DNA from: Thermofilum adornatum
Lineage (GTDB): Archaea > Thermoproteota > Thermoprotei > Thermofilales > Thermofilaceae
Assembly: GCF_000446015.1 (NCBI RefSeq)
Contig: NC_022093.1
Location: 570,001-602,000 of the forward strand
Direction: 5' to 3'
DNA length: 32,000 nucleotides
Below, one piece after another: positions 16,204-24,323 of the stretch. The position numbers and the translations under genes were made by a program. Numbering within the stretch: position 1 is the first letter of the stretch; every line of letters starts with the position of its first letter. Under the pieces are notes generated by a model. It searched no databases. It saw only the letters and a list, made by a program, of their open reading frames with translations, and had not been told where the DNA came from.

Positions 16204-17994
16204 ATGTATAGAGACCATCAGAAAAGAGAAGCAGAGATACTTGAGGTAAAGAACTATATTCCATACAAGAGAACACGCAGTGGACAAATCCAGCTAGCAT
16301 TAGCAGTAAAAGAGACCTTCGAAGACAAAAAAATTCTCTTAGCCAGGTATCCGACTGGAATCGGTAAAACAGTCTCTGTGATTGCTGGCGCGCTGGCGGC
16401 AGGTGCTCCCAAGATAATCTACCTCGCCCGGTCCAGGTCACAGTTTCAGGCCCCGGTTCGAGAAGTTAAAAGGCTGGAAGCTGTAGGCATCAATGTTCCC
16501 ACAGTGGTATTAATGAATAAACAGAAGTACTGTCTCTTGAAGGGTGCTTCTAGGCTGGCTTATCAAGAGTTTCTCCATTTCTGCTGGTATAAGAGGAAGA
16601 CGGGGGCATGCCCCTATTCTACAGACATAAAAACAAAGATGGAGTTGCCGGAAATTTTGACTCCTAAGACTTCCCGCGAGCTGGGACTTGGATCCGGTGT
16701 TTGCCCCTTCGAGGTTACTTGGAGTAATTTGAAAAACGCTAGACTCATTGTTGCTTCCTATCCGTATATTTTCAGCAGTGATCTGAGGAAGCGTTTAGAG
16801 GAGGCTCTCGGGGGTAGCCTCGGAAACTCTATACTGATAATTGACGAGGCCCATAATCTTCCAGGCTTTATAGTTGATGCCGAGAGCTATCACCTCTCGG
16901 AGAATGATCTGAAGAGGACTCTCTCGCTTGTTCGAAACTCTAAAGCGTCAGCAGAAATAATTAGTGAGCTTGCCCATGCTCTGAATTATTTGAGACGGTA
17001 CAGGCACAAGGTGGGACCAACTTTTAGCATTTCAATAGACGAAGTCTTGCAAAATATGCCTTCCCCAGAGTCCCTCTCAAGATACCTTTTTGGCTCCGAC
17101 CAACCGGCTGAGACCTCAACATTTATTTGGCGTGTCTACACCTTCCTGCAGGCCCTGAGAGGCGCTTCACATGAATACATAGCTTCTGTTACAGCTGGCG
17201 ATGAAGGTGTCTCTTTGAGGTTGACTCTTGTAAACCCGCGTAGGGTTGGTTCTCAGGTCTTCTCTTCAGTGAGAAGCGCAGTACTGATGTCAGGTACACT
17301 GCCCCCACGTGAATATCTCCAGGTAATGCTCGACATACCTAGCGACCGTATACTAGAGACCAGCTACCCAAACATTTGGGGGAGCAATGTCGAGGTAGTC
17401 ATTGTGGAAGGACTCACGTCTAGATACACAGCTAGAACCGAGGAACTATACAGGAGGTATGCGAAGGCCATCGATCTGATTTTTAGCTATCCAGGCGTCA
17501 AAAAAACGGTTGCTGTCTTTCCCTCATATTCTTTCATGCTGAATATTGTCCCCTATATCCAGTCCAGGCCCCTCGTCTTCGAGCGCCGGGACACTTCCCT
17601 AAAATCCATGATCGAAAAGGTGCTTGAAAACGAGAAGATCCTAGTCTGCGTAGTTGCAAGGGGAAAGTTTGTCGAAGGAGTCGAATACACCGTCCGCGGA
17701 AAATCCCTTATCGACACAATAATTATAGCTGGTCTACCCGTACCCGAGCCAACACTTGAAAATGAAAAAATGTATGAACTGCTTTCGGAAAAGCTTGGAA
17801 GCAGAGACCTGGCGTGGAAATATGTGTACCTTTATCCAGCATATATGCAGGTTGTCCAGAGCATTGGTAGAGGAATAAGGAGCGAGAAAGACAGAGTCAA
17901 GGTCTACGTTTTGGATGAACGCATGAAGGGAGAGGGAGAAGCATACCTATCAAGCTTTGACTTTATGGTTAAAATGGGAAAGCTCCCACTGTAG
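16204..17994 (+). CDS. xpd: XPD/Rad3-family SF2 DNA helicase with a 4Fe-4S domain
   Basis: Walker A YPTGIGKT and DEAH box IIDEAHNL. Four Cys lie between them (YCLL, FCWY, ACPY, VCPF), as in the XPD Fe-S domain, and the C-terminal motif QSIGRGIR is present. I prefer ATG 16204 because the 42 upstream codons overlap the neighbouring minus-strand gene. Confidence 0.85.
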   Translation: MYRDHQKREAEILEVKNYIPYKRTRSGQIQLALAVKETFEDKKILLARYPTGIGKTVSVIAGALAAGAPKIIYLARSRSQFQAPVREVKRLEAVGINVPTVVLMNKQKYCLLKGASRLAYQEFLHFCWYKRKTGACPYSTDIKTKMELPEILTPKTSRELGLGSGVCPFEVTWSNLKNARLIVASYPYIFSSDLRKRLEEALGGSLGNSILIIDEAHNLPGFIVDAESYHLSENDLKRTLSLVRNSKASAEIISELAHALNYLRRYRHKVGPTFSISIDEVLQNMPSPESLSRYLFGSDQPAETSTFIWRVYTFLQALRGASHEYIASVTAGDEGVSLRLTLVNPRRVGSQVFSSVRSAVLMSGTLPPREYLQVMLDIPSDRILETSYPNIWGSNVEVVIVEGLTSRYTARTEELYRRYAKAIDLIFSYPGVKKTVAVFPSYSFMLNIVPYIQSRPLVFERRDTSLKSMIEKVLENEKILVCVVARGKFVEGVEYTVRGKSLIDTIIIAGLPVPEPTLENEKMYELLSEKLGSRDLAWKYVYLYPAYMQVVQSIGRGIRSEKDRVKVYVLDERMKGEGEAYLSSFDFMVKMGKLPL

Positions 17995-18603
17995 CTATAC
18001 AAACTCTACGTTTGCGTGCCTCTTCTTCATGTCTTCTTCTCCGACGCCAAGGATATTCATCAATGCATAGATTACACCGTCGAAGAATATCATCACGCTG
18101 TCTTCGAAGAGTGTTCCCAGTGGCGCCAGGGGCTCGTACATTCCTAGAACCTGCCTAGCGAAGTAGTCTGTCTCCGTCGCGACCTTTGTTCTTCCGGGAA
18201 TAACGACCACGTGGTCGCTTATTTTGCCTAGGGGCGACTCGGCAAAAGATGTTACAGCTACAACTTGTGCCTTTGCTCTTTTGGCGGCAGAGGCCACAGA
18301 TAGAACGATCTGTGTGCTACCGGATCCGCTCACAGCTACTAGGACGTCTCCCTCAGAGATTGACGGCGTGATTGTCTCGCCGACGACGTAGACATTGAAG
18401 CCTAGATGCATAAGCCTCATCGCGAATGCCTTGCCTACAAGGCCGCTTCTACCTGCACCCACCACGAGGATTTTACGTTTATTTGCAAGCGCTGATGTAA
18501 GGATTTTCAGAAACCTTGTCACGGACTCTTTGTCTATCTCGTTTGAAACTTTCTCGACATACGACGCTATACTAACCATGGCCTTTACTACGTCTTCTGA
18601 CAC
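17995..18603 (-). CDS. SIS-domain sugar-phosphate isomerase, probably 6-phospho-3-hexuloisomerase (PHI)
   Basis: 202-aa ORF. KILVVGAGRSGLVGKAFAMRLMHLG...VLVAVSGSGST...AKAQVVAVTS matches the PHI/HxlB-type SIS pattern and size. Confidence 0.7.
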   Translation of the reverse strand: MSEDVVKAMVSIASYVEKVSNEIDKESVTRFLKILTSALANKRKILVVGAGRSGLVGKAFAMRLMHLGFNVYVVGETITPSISEGDVLVAVSGSGSTQIVLSVASAAKRAKAQVVAVTSFAESPLGKISDHVVVIPGRTKVATETDYFARQVLGMYEPLAPLGTLFEDSVMIFFDGVIYALMNILGVGEEDMKKRHANVEFV

Positions 18604-18694
18604 GTTTCAATAGGCTACCACAACAATAATAATGTTTCTGTAATACTTGAATGCGTTAATCCCCTGTAGCTACTTGCAAAAAAATGATGCTCAG

Positions 18695-18771
18695 TGGCGG
18701 GCCCGCCGGGATTTGAACCCGGGACCTGCGACTCCGGAGGCCGCCGCGCTTCCTGACTGCGCTACGGGCCC
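18695..18771 (-). tRNA. tRNA-Arg(CCG); CCA encoded
   Basis: Reverse complement: GGGCCCG TA GCGC AGTCAGGAA GCGC G GCGGC CTCCGGA GTCGC AGGTC CCGGG TTCAAAT CCCGG CGGGCCC G CCA. Confidence 0.92.
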
Positions 18772-18927
18772 ATTGATTATCAATAGGACACTAAACAAAA
18801 ATATTTATTTGTTGTAAGCGTGGGCTGATAAAATACGCTGACACCAGCGCCATGTTTAAGGTTTTCTCCCGTGGTTCAATAAAAAATTTTTTAAACCAGA
18901 ACACTTGATTACATCATGGTGTTGAAT

Positions 18928-19398
18928 ATGTCCGAAAAGAGTGGTGAAATCAAGTTAGACCACATTGACAGAAAGATACTAGAAATATTACAGGACAACG
19001 CGAAAACTCCCTATGCACAGATTGCTAGCCAGCTAGGAATAAGCGAGGCAACGGTACACCTCCGCATAAAGAAGCTTTCATCTATAGGCGTAATCAAGAG
19101 GTTCCAAGCCATTGTTGACCCAGAAAAAGTTGGCAGAAAGGTTACGGCCATCATAGGCGTGGTGGCGTCTCCACAGAAGTACTCTCAAGTCTTAAAAGAA
19201 CTCGAAAAAATGCCAGAAATCGTCGAGATATACGATGTCGCCGGAGAATACTCTACGCTTCTCAAGGTCAGGGCAAAAAGCAAGGAAGACCTGGCACGCA
19301 TCCTGGACGACATTGGCAAGATCGATGGAGTCGAAAGCACCAAGACAATGTATGTTTTAAGAGTTATAAAGGAAGACCCGAGAGTCCAAGTAGATTAG
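18928..19398 (+). CDS. Lrp/AsnC-family transcriptional regulator (HTH plus RAM domain)
   Basis: LDHIDRKILEILQDNAKTPYAQIASQLGISEATVHLRIKKL is the HTH. It is followed by a RAM-domain pattern (AIIGV...YSQVLKELEKMPEIVEIYDVAGEYSTLLKVRAK). The track ORF begins 4 codons upstream, at 18916. Confidence 0.88.
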   Translation: MSEKSGEIKLDHIDRKILEILQDNAKTPYAQIASQLGISEATVHLRIKKLSSIGVIKRFQAIVDPEKVGRKVTAIIGVVASPQKYSQVLKELEKMPEIVEIYDVAGEYSTLLKVRAKSKEDLARILDDIGKIDGVESTKTMYVLRVIKEDPRVQVD

Positions 19399-19468
19399 AC
19401 AGCCTTCGCCGGAAATCTGGAGACGATTAAAACAATCTTTTTAAGTTTTTGAGTTTATCTAACCTCTG

Positions 19469-19577
19469 GGGGCCGTAGTCCAGCCTGGAAGGATGCCTGG
19501 CACCAATGGATGCAGGAATCGGGATCTCGAGACGAGAGCCCAGGTGGTCCGGGGTTCAAATCCCCGCGGCCCCACCA
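19469..19577 (+). tRNA. Intron-containing tRNA, isotype unresolved (the simplest reading is Trp, anticodon CCA); CCA end encoded
   Basis: Acceptor GGGGCCG/CGGCCCC, discriminator A, then CCA. D arm GTCC-AGCCTGGAA-GGAT. Anticodon stem CCTGG (19496-19500) / CCAGG (19540-19544) encloses 39 nt, i.e. a 7-nt loop plus about 32 extra nt. Variable region TGGTC. T arm CGGGG-TTCAAAT-CCCCG. The loop reading CACCAA|...|C has A rather than U at position 33. Confidence 0.75.
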
Positions 19578-19649
19578 ACTTATTTTCCAAAAAACCTGAG
19601 AGAAAGAAAGATTTTTATTTGGGGCAATAAGGAGCATCTAGGTGTCTTG

Positions 19650-20105
19650 ATGCCAACTTGGCGATACTCAGTGGAGCTTGACCCCGAGAAAACTGTTAAG
19701 GCGTCTTTGCGAGACGTGAGCATGTCCTATAAATTCACTGTGGAGACTCTTCGCTTGATTAAGGGGAAAAGTATTGGAGAAGCAAAAAAGATCCTAGAGG
19801 AAATAATCAACATGAAGAGGGCTGTTCCGCTTAGGCGCTATAAAAAGAAGGTAGGCCATAAGTCGACTGTTTCTGGTCCCGGGCGCTATCCAGTGAAAGT
19901 TGCTAAGAACCTGTTGAAGTTGCTGGATAACTTGGAAAACAATGCGGAGTTTAAGGGGCTAAATGTTGAAAATGTACGCATTGTTCATGCGGCTGCACAT
20001 AAGGGAATGAAGATACGGAATTATCTCCCAAGGGCTTTTGGGCGTGCAACGCCTTATTATGATCAGCTTGTTCATGTAGAAGTTATAGGTGAAGAAGTAA
20101 GCTAG
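19650..20105 (+). CDS. rpl22: Ribosomal protein L22 (uL22)
   Basis: From the internal ATG: MPTWRYSVELDPEKTVKASLRDVSMSYKFTVETLRLIKGKSIGEAKKILEEI.... This is archaeal uL22, in the conserved position before S3. The upstream part of the track ORF overlaps the tRNA. Confidence 0.9.
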   Translation: MPTWRYSVELDPEKTVKASLRDVSMSYKFTVETLRLIKGKSIGEAKKILEEIINMKRAVPLRRYKKKVGHKSTVSGPGRYPVKVAKNLLKLLDNLENNAEFKGLNVENVRIVHAAAHKGMKIRNYLPRAFGRATPYYDQLVHVEVIGEEVS

Positions 20106-20113
20106 GTGGTCAA

Positions 20114-20731
20114 ATGTCCAGCCTTGCACGTAAATATGTAAATCAAGGCCTCCAATACATGATGCTTAACGAGTACCTGCAACGTCAGCTTGCACGTGCA
20201 AACTATGTGCATGCACAGTTCTTTAAGACCCCGATAGGCACCAAAGTCATTGTATATGCTGGTATTCCTGGACTCGTTATCGGAAGAAAAGGAGCCAACA
20301 TAAAGGCACTCTCTGACGTTCTAGAAAAAGAATATGGACTGGAGAACCCACAGATAGACGTCGTCGAGGTTCCCAATCAGGATCTCAATGCGAAAATAAT
20401 GGCATACCGCGTTGCACGTGCACTTGTAAGAGGAGTCAGGTTCCGTAGAGCGGCGATGATAGCCCTAAACAGGATAATGGCGGCGGGTGCAAGGGGCGCC
20501 GAAATAATTATCAGCGGGAAGCTTACCAGCGAGCGACACCGCACGGAAAGATTCACTAGGGGATATGTTCCAAAGAGCGGAGAGCCTGGCGAGGAACTCG
20601 TAGATGAAGCTGTGGTCCACGTCCTCTTGAAGCTTGGAATGTATGGTGTAAAAGTCAGGATCATGAAGCCTGCAAGGATGCCTGACATGATACTTGTACG
20701 TTCACAGGTACCTCAGGGTGGTGAGGCATGA
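20114..20731 (+). CDS. rps3: Ribosomal protein S3 (uS3)
   Basis: 205-aa ORF with a KH-domain segment (VIVYAGIPGLVIGRKGANIKAL). Its position between L22 and L29 follows the conserved order. Confidence 0.92.
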   Translation: MSSLARKYVNQGLQYMMLNEYLQRQLARANYVHAQFFKTPIGTKVIVYAGIPGLVIGRKGANIKALSDVLEKEYGLENPQIDVVEVPNQDLNAKIMAYRVARALVRGVRFRRAAMIALNRIMAAGARGAEIIISGKLTSERHRTERFTRGYVPKSGEPGEELVDEAVVHVLLKLGMYGVKVRIMKPARMPDMILVRSQVPQGGEA

Positions 20732-20961
20732 GTAGTATAGAGGATATCCGTAAAATGACAAGGGAAGAACGCGAGAAAAGACTGCAGGAGCTTAGAGCTG
20801 AGCTTGCACGTCTAAAGGCGCAGGCCCATAGAGGTTCTCTTGAGAATCCTTCATCCATAAGGAAGATTAAACGCGAGATTGCACGCATATTGACTGTGAT
20901 GAACGAGGAAAAGCTGGGGATAAGTAAGAGCCAGGTAGCCGCTACCGCCGAGAAGCAATGA
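20728..20961 (+). CDS. rpl29: Ribosomal protein L29 (uL29)
   Basis: 77-aa ORF. IRKMTREEREKRLQELRAELARLKAQ is a typical L29 helix. It has 4-nt overlaps with both neighbours. Confidence 0.9.
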   Translation: MSSIEDIRKMTREEREKRLQELRAELARLKAQAHRGSLENPSSIRKIKREIARILTVMNEEKLGISKSQVAATAEKQ

Positions 20962-21242
20962 AAATAACTCCTAGAAACATTTTGAGACATGAATTGATTG
21001 GTCTCGAAGCAGAAGTTGTTGATTCTACTAATCCTTTCCAGATTGGGATCAGAGGATTTATACTAGATGAGACCTACAAGACACTTGTTATCGGCTATCC
21101 AGGTAGGCGAAAGCGCCGAGTTTTCAAGAGCCAAGTTAAGTTGCGTGTCTGGCTTCCAGATGGGCAAGTCGTGAAGATAGATGGTAGATACTTGTTGGGG
21201 CGGCCAGAGGAAAGATTAAAGAAGAAGCTATATGAGTGGTGA
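20958..21242 (+). CDS. rnp1: RNase P protein component 1 (Rpp29/Pop4 homologue)
   Basis: 94-aa ORF. LRHELIGLEAEVVDSTNPFQIGIRGFILDETYKTLVI is the Rpp29 Sm-like fold pattern. It holds the conserved archaeal position between L29 and S17. Confidence 0.85.
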   Translation: MKITPRNILRHELIGLEAEVVDSTNPFQIGIRGFILDETYKTLVIGYPGRRKRRVFKSQVKLRVWLPDGQVVKIDGRYLLGRPEERLKKKLYEW

Positions 21243-21251
21243 TGTGTTCTC

Positions 21252-21269
21252 TATAAAAACGTTTTTATA
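21252..21269. promoter_or_regulatory. Perfect 18-nt palindromic TATA-like element between rnp1 and S17
   Basis: TATAAAAAC|GTTTTTATA lies ~45 nt upstream of the S17 ATG (21311). It may be an internal promoter, and its symmetry could allow bidirectional use. Confidence 0.4.
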
Positions 21270-21310
21270 TAGCTGGTCATCCTTTTATCTCCGCGTCTGG
21301 TGATATCCTG

Positions 21311-21640
21311 ATGGCAAAGAAGAAGGGCGTTGGAATCCCTGGAGTCCAGCCTCCTCAAAACAAGTGCGATGACCCACTGTGTCCATGGCATGGCCAGCTT
21401 CCAGTGAGGGGACAGGTTCTCAGGCTAAGAGTCGAGAAGATGAGAATGCAGAATGTAGCTGTAGCTGTTCACGAATACCTGCACTACAACGAGAAGTATA
21501 AGAGGTATGAGGTTAGAAGGAAAAAGAAACATGTACGTGTGCCGCCCTGCATCTCCGTTAAGCCTGGAGACGAAGTAATAGTCGCCGAGACCAGGCCCCT
21601 AGCAAAATCGGTTTCATTTGTCGTGATTGGTAAAGCTTAG
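21311..21640 (+). CDS. rps17: Ribosomal protein S17 (uS17)
   Basis: 109-aa ORF. CDDPLCPWHGQLPVRGQ ... KYKRYEVRRKKKHVRVPPCISVKPGDEVIVAETRPLAKSVSF is the archaeal S17 pattern. Confidence 0.92.
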   Translation: MAKKKGVGIPGVQPPQNKCDDPLCPWHGQLPVRGQVLRLRVEKMRMQNVAVAVHEYLHYNEKYKRYEVRRKKKHVRVPPCISVKPGDEVIVAETRPLAKSVSFVVIGKA

Positions 21641-21651
21641 AGGTGGTATAG

Positions 21652-22077
21652 GTGGCGAAAAGAGGACCGAAAGCTGTCGGTGTCTCGTATAGGCTCGGAC
21701 TTACACCTGGAGTATTCATGGAAAGCCTCGTCAAGGTTGCAGACAACTCTGGAGCTACGCTCGCAAAGGTGATTGGTGTCCCACACTACAAGGCCGTTTG
21801 GCGCAGGATTCCGGGAGCTGCGGTCGGCGACATAATTGTCGTGTCGATCAGGGCCGGTAAACCAGAGCTGAGAAAACAGGTTATGAGGGCAATCGTTATA
21901 CGCCAGAGAAGACCATACAGGAGGCCCGACGGAACCTGGGTCGCCTTCGAAGACAACGCCGTCGTAATTATTACTCCCGAGGGAGAACCCAAAGGAACAG
22001 AAATCCGTGGACCCCTCGCCAAGGAGGCCGCCGAGCGCTGGCCAAAACTCAGCGCAATGGCCTCGATAATTGTCTAG
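21652..22077 (+). CDS. rpl14: Ribosomal protein L14 (uL14)
   Basis: 141-aa ORF with a GTG start preceded by [25 protein letters not shown] ... GDIIVVSIR ... [19 protein letters not shown] is the uL14 pattern. Confidence 0.92.
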   Translation: MAKRGPKAVGVSYRLGLTPGVFMESLVKVADNSGATLAKVIGVPHYKAVWRRIPGAAVGDIIVVSIRAGKPELRKQVMRAIVIRQRRPYRRPDGTWVAFEDNAVVIITPEGEPKGTEIRGPLAKEAAERWPKLSAMASIIV

Positions 22078-22091
22078 CTAGGCGCCCCTTT

Positions 22092-22781
22092 TTGCTCGAA
22101 GTCAAAGTCGAATTTTTACTAAAGGAGCTGGCAAGAAAACTATTTCTAGACAAGAATGTTTCTCTAGAAGACCTTGCTAGAACCACAGGTCTATCTGTGG
22201 AATTCATAAAGACAACCTTGGAAGGTCTAGGTGTAAGGACTGAGAACAACATTGTCACAGAGGAGCTACCATGGCTTATAATCAAGTCCTGGATGTCGAA
22301 CTATGATATAGCTTCCCTCGCCCTGAGTTCTGGATGGAGCACTTTCGAGGAACTATGTTCACGTATAGCCGAGCTGAATGGCTTCCAGGTACATAGGAAC
22401 TACCGTTTCTCACTTGGGGGTAAGAGACACGAGATAGATGTTCTCGCATACAGAGAAAACATGCTACTAGCTATAGACTGTAAGCTATGGAAAAGAGCGC
22501 CCAGATCTGCCCTTAAAAGGGCTGCACAGGCACAACTCGCCCGCACCTCTTCACTAGCAAAAATCCTGTCCTCTGGAACGCCCTTCCCGTGGAGACTCGC
22601 CAACCCAACATATATTTTTCCGCTGGTGACCAACCTCTACGATACTGGAGCAATAATTGAAGAAGGAGTACTGATTGTCGGCCTCCGAGAATTCAAAAAC
22701 ATCCTCGATAATGCTAGCTACCTGGCACTCGTCGACATTGGATGCAAACCTCTAAGGATAGAGCCTCCAGGCCTATTATGA
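22092..22781 (+). CDS. HTH-domain protein with a PD-(D/E)xK (Hjc/Mrr-like) nuclease core; function unknown
   Basis: 229-aa ORF with a TTG start 15 nt after the L14 stop. The N-terminus is HTH-like (VSLEDLARTTGLSVEFIKTTLEGLG). The core FEELCSRIAELNGFQVHRNYRF..GGKRHEIDVLAY..NMLLAIDCKLW carries the E...D...(D)xK arrangement of restriction-endonuclease-fold nucleases. Confidence 0.55.
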   Translation: MLEVKVEFLLKELARKLFLDKNVSLEDLARTTGLSVEFIKTTLEGLGVRTENNIVTEELPWLIIKSWMSNYDIASLALSSGWSTFEELCSRIAELNGFQVHRNYRFSLGGKRHEIDVLAYRENMLLAIDCKLWKRAPRSALKRAAQAQLARTSSLAKILSSGTPFPWRLANPTYIFPLVTNLYDTGAIIEEGVLIVGLREFKNILDNASYLALVDIGCKPLRIEPPGLL

Positions 22782-22791
22782 GGAGAAAAAA

Positions 22792-22886
22792 TGGCGGGCC
22801 GGCCGGGATTCGAACCCGGGGCCTACGGGTTAAGAGCCTCGACCATTTTTATCGACCGCCGCTCTACCTAGCTGAGCTACCGGCCC
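22792..22886 (-). tRNA. tRNA-Lys(CTT) with an 18-nt intron at a non-canonical site inside the anticodon stem (~22838-22855); CCA encoded
   Basis: Reverse complement: GGGCCGG TA GCTC AGCTAGGTA GAGC G GCGG[TCGATAAAAATGGTCGAG]G CTCTTAA CCCGT AGGCC CCGGG TTCGAAT CCCGG CCGGCCC G CCA. A normal stem GCGGG/CCCGT and loop CTCTTAA form only after the 18 nt are removed. Confidence 0.85.
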
Positions 22887-22964
22887 TATCAAGCTAGCAT
22901 TCCATAGTATCAACAGTGGTAATAAATTTTTTTCTTTCCATGTCTAAGAAAATGTTGTTGACGT

Positions 22965-23522
22965 ATGGAGGAGACTGATTGGAGCTTGTTAAGAATGAAG
23001 TCTACAAGTGAGTGTAGGAACATGCTCTCCTATTCATGGGGATACTTGTTTTACGAGGATCCCCCTCTGTCTGTAGATAGGGCCATCGAGGCGATTAATG
23101 ATTCACGTTTTGGCAAGAATATTATCTTGGTAGGAGACGTCGTTTCTGTCAACTTTTTTAGGAGGGGATGGGGCGACATATTCGTCGTGGATTCTAAGAC
23201 TAGGAGAAACATTTCTATACGCCAGGAAGACGCGTATGGAACATTTTTGAAGTGTAAGAATCCGGCCGGAACTATTTCTAGGGAATGTTTTGAAGTTTTC
23301 AAGACTGCTTTCAAGCTGTTAGAAGAGAAAAAGACCCCCATTTTCGTTCAGGTTGATGGCGAAGAAGACCTACTTTCACTTGTAGCACTATACTTATGTC
23401 CTGCGGGAGCATCATGGATTATTTACGGACACTTTAAGGGCTTTATCTGCGCTATCCCCTGTACTCCATATTTTAAGAATGTCGCTAAGAGGCTCATCGA
23501 GGGGTGCTTCGAGAAGCGCTAA
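22965..23522 (+). CDS. DUF359/COG1909 protein, probable GTP-dependent dephospho-CoA kinase
   Basis: 185-aa ORF. VGDVVS..., DSKTRR, NPAGTIS and VDGEEDLLSLVALYLCP match the family pattern (VGD, D.KT.R, N.PG.IT, GEEDL) that I recall for archaeal DPCK. Confidence 0.6.
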   Translation: MEETDWSLLRMKSTSECRNMLSYSWGYLFYEDPPLSVDRAIEAINDSRFGKNIILVGDVVSVNFFRRGWGDIFVVDSKTRRNISIRQEDAYGTFLKCKNPAGTISRECFEVFKTAFKLLEEKKTPIFVQVDGEEDLLSLVALYLCPAGASWIIYGHFKGFICAIPCTPYFKNVAKRLIEGCFEKR

Positions 23523-24245
23523 ACTAACATATTCAACGTTTTTTCTCAGAGTCGATGAATACACTCCCACGGCCCTGGCAAACTCCTCGATCGTTATGTT
23601 TCCTATTTGTTGCTTAAGCAACAAGTAGGCAAGCGCGGATACTACATTGCGTCTCGACCGTCCAAGAAACTGTAGGCGAAGCATATTGACGTATTTCTCC
23701 AACAAGAGCCTGGTCTTCAACTCGCCCACACCATAAACACGAGCCAATCTACTGCTAATGTCTTCAATAACGCTTCCCCACGTCTCAGTTCTGTAATTTG
23801 ACCTGTGCATCTCACTTAGAATCTTGAGAGCCCGCCCAACAGTTACACGTGAATTAGCTTCTCTAAATGCCTTCACCACTTTCAACAAAGAGATGGACCT
23901 ATCATATTCACGTAGTTTGAGGTACACGAGAACTACTAAAAGAGCGATTCTGTCCCTTTTTATACGCTTAGACAAGAAGACAAATTCTCTAAGTATATCG
24001 TTCCGCAGCTGTTCATTGATGTTTAGTATCAAAGAAACACTGGCAAGCTTTCTTCGAGCTCTGATAAACAATGATTCCTCTCTAGTGTAAAAGCTACGAT
24101 AAGGAAACTTTTTTACATGCTTTATATTGATTCCTTGCTTCTCTTCGATAGCTATGCTTTCAACAACGTAGCCACACTCTGAACAAACATATTCTCCTGT
24201 CAGCGGGTTCAAGACCACGATTCCATTGCATATCGGGCATCTCAT
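23412..24245 (-). CDS. Divergent TFIIB/TFB-family protein (N-terminal Zn ribbon plus helical repeats)
   Basis: From the internal ATG: MRCPICNGIVVLNPLTGEYVCSECGYVVE, a TFB-type CxxC...CxxC ribbon. About 245 aa of helical sequence follow, which fits two cyclin-like folds. The canonical B-reader/linker motifs are not recognisable. The track ORF's 25 extra N-terminal codons run to within 3 nt of tRNA-Gly. Confidence 0.55.
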   Translation of the reverse strand: MRCPICNGIVVLNPLTGEYVCSECGYVVESIAIEEKQGINIKHVKKFPYRSFYTREESLFIRARRKLASVSLILNINEQLRNDILREFVFLSKRIKRDRIALLVVLVYLKLREYDRSISLLKVVKAFREANSRVTVGRALKILSEMHRSNYRTETWGSVIEDISSRLARVYGVGELKTRLLLEKYVNMLRLQFLGRSRRNVVSALAYLLLKQQIGNITIEEFARAVGVYSSTLRKNVEYVSLALLEAPLDEPLSDILKIWSTGDSADKALKVSVNNP

Positions 24246-24323
24246 ATGAAGCTTGGTTGTTAAATGCCTTAAGAATACTGTAGACATCAATGGCTGGGGG
24301 GAGGGGGTAGGGGGTAACAAAAA

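Noticed and set aside
19455-19649. Track ORF 19455-19637(-) and the N-terminal 48 codons of ORF 19506-20105(+)
   Set aside because: They overlap the intron-containing tRNA at 19469-19577. The uL22 homology begins only at ATG 19650.
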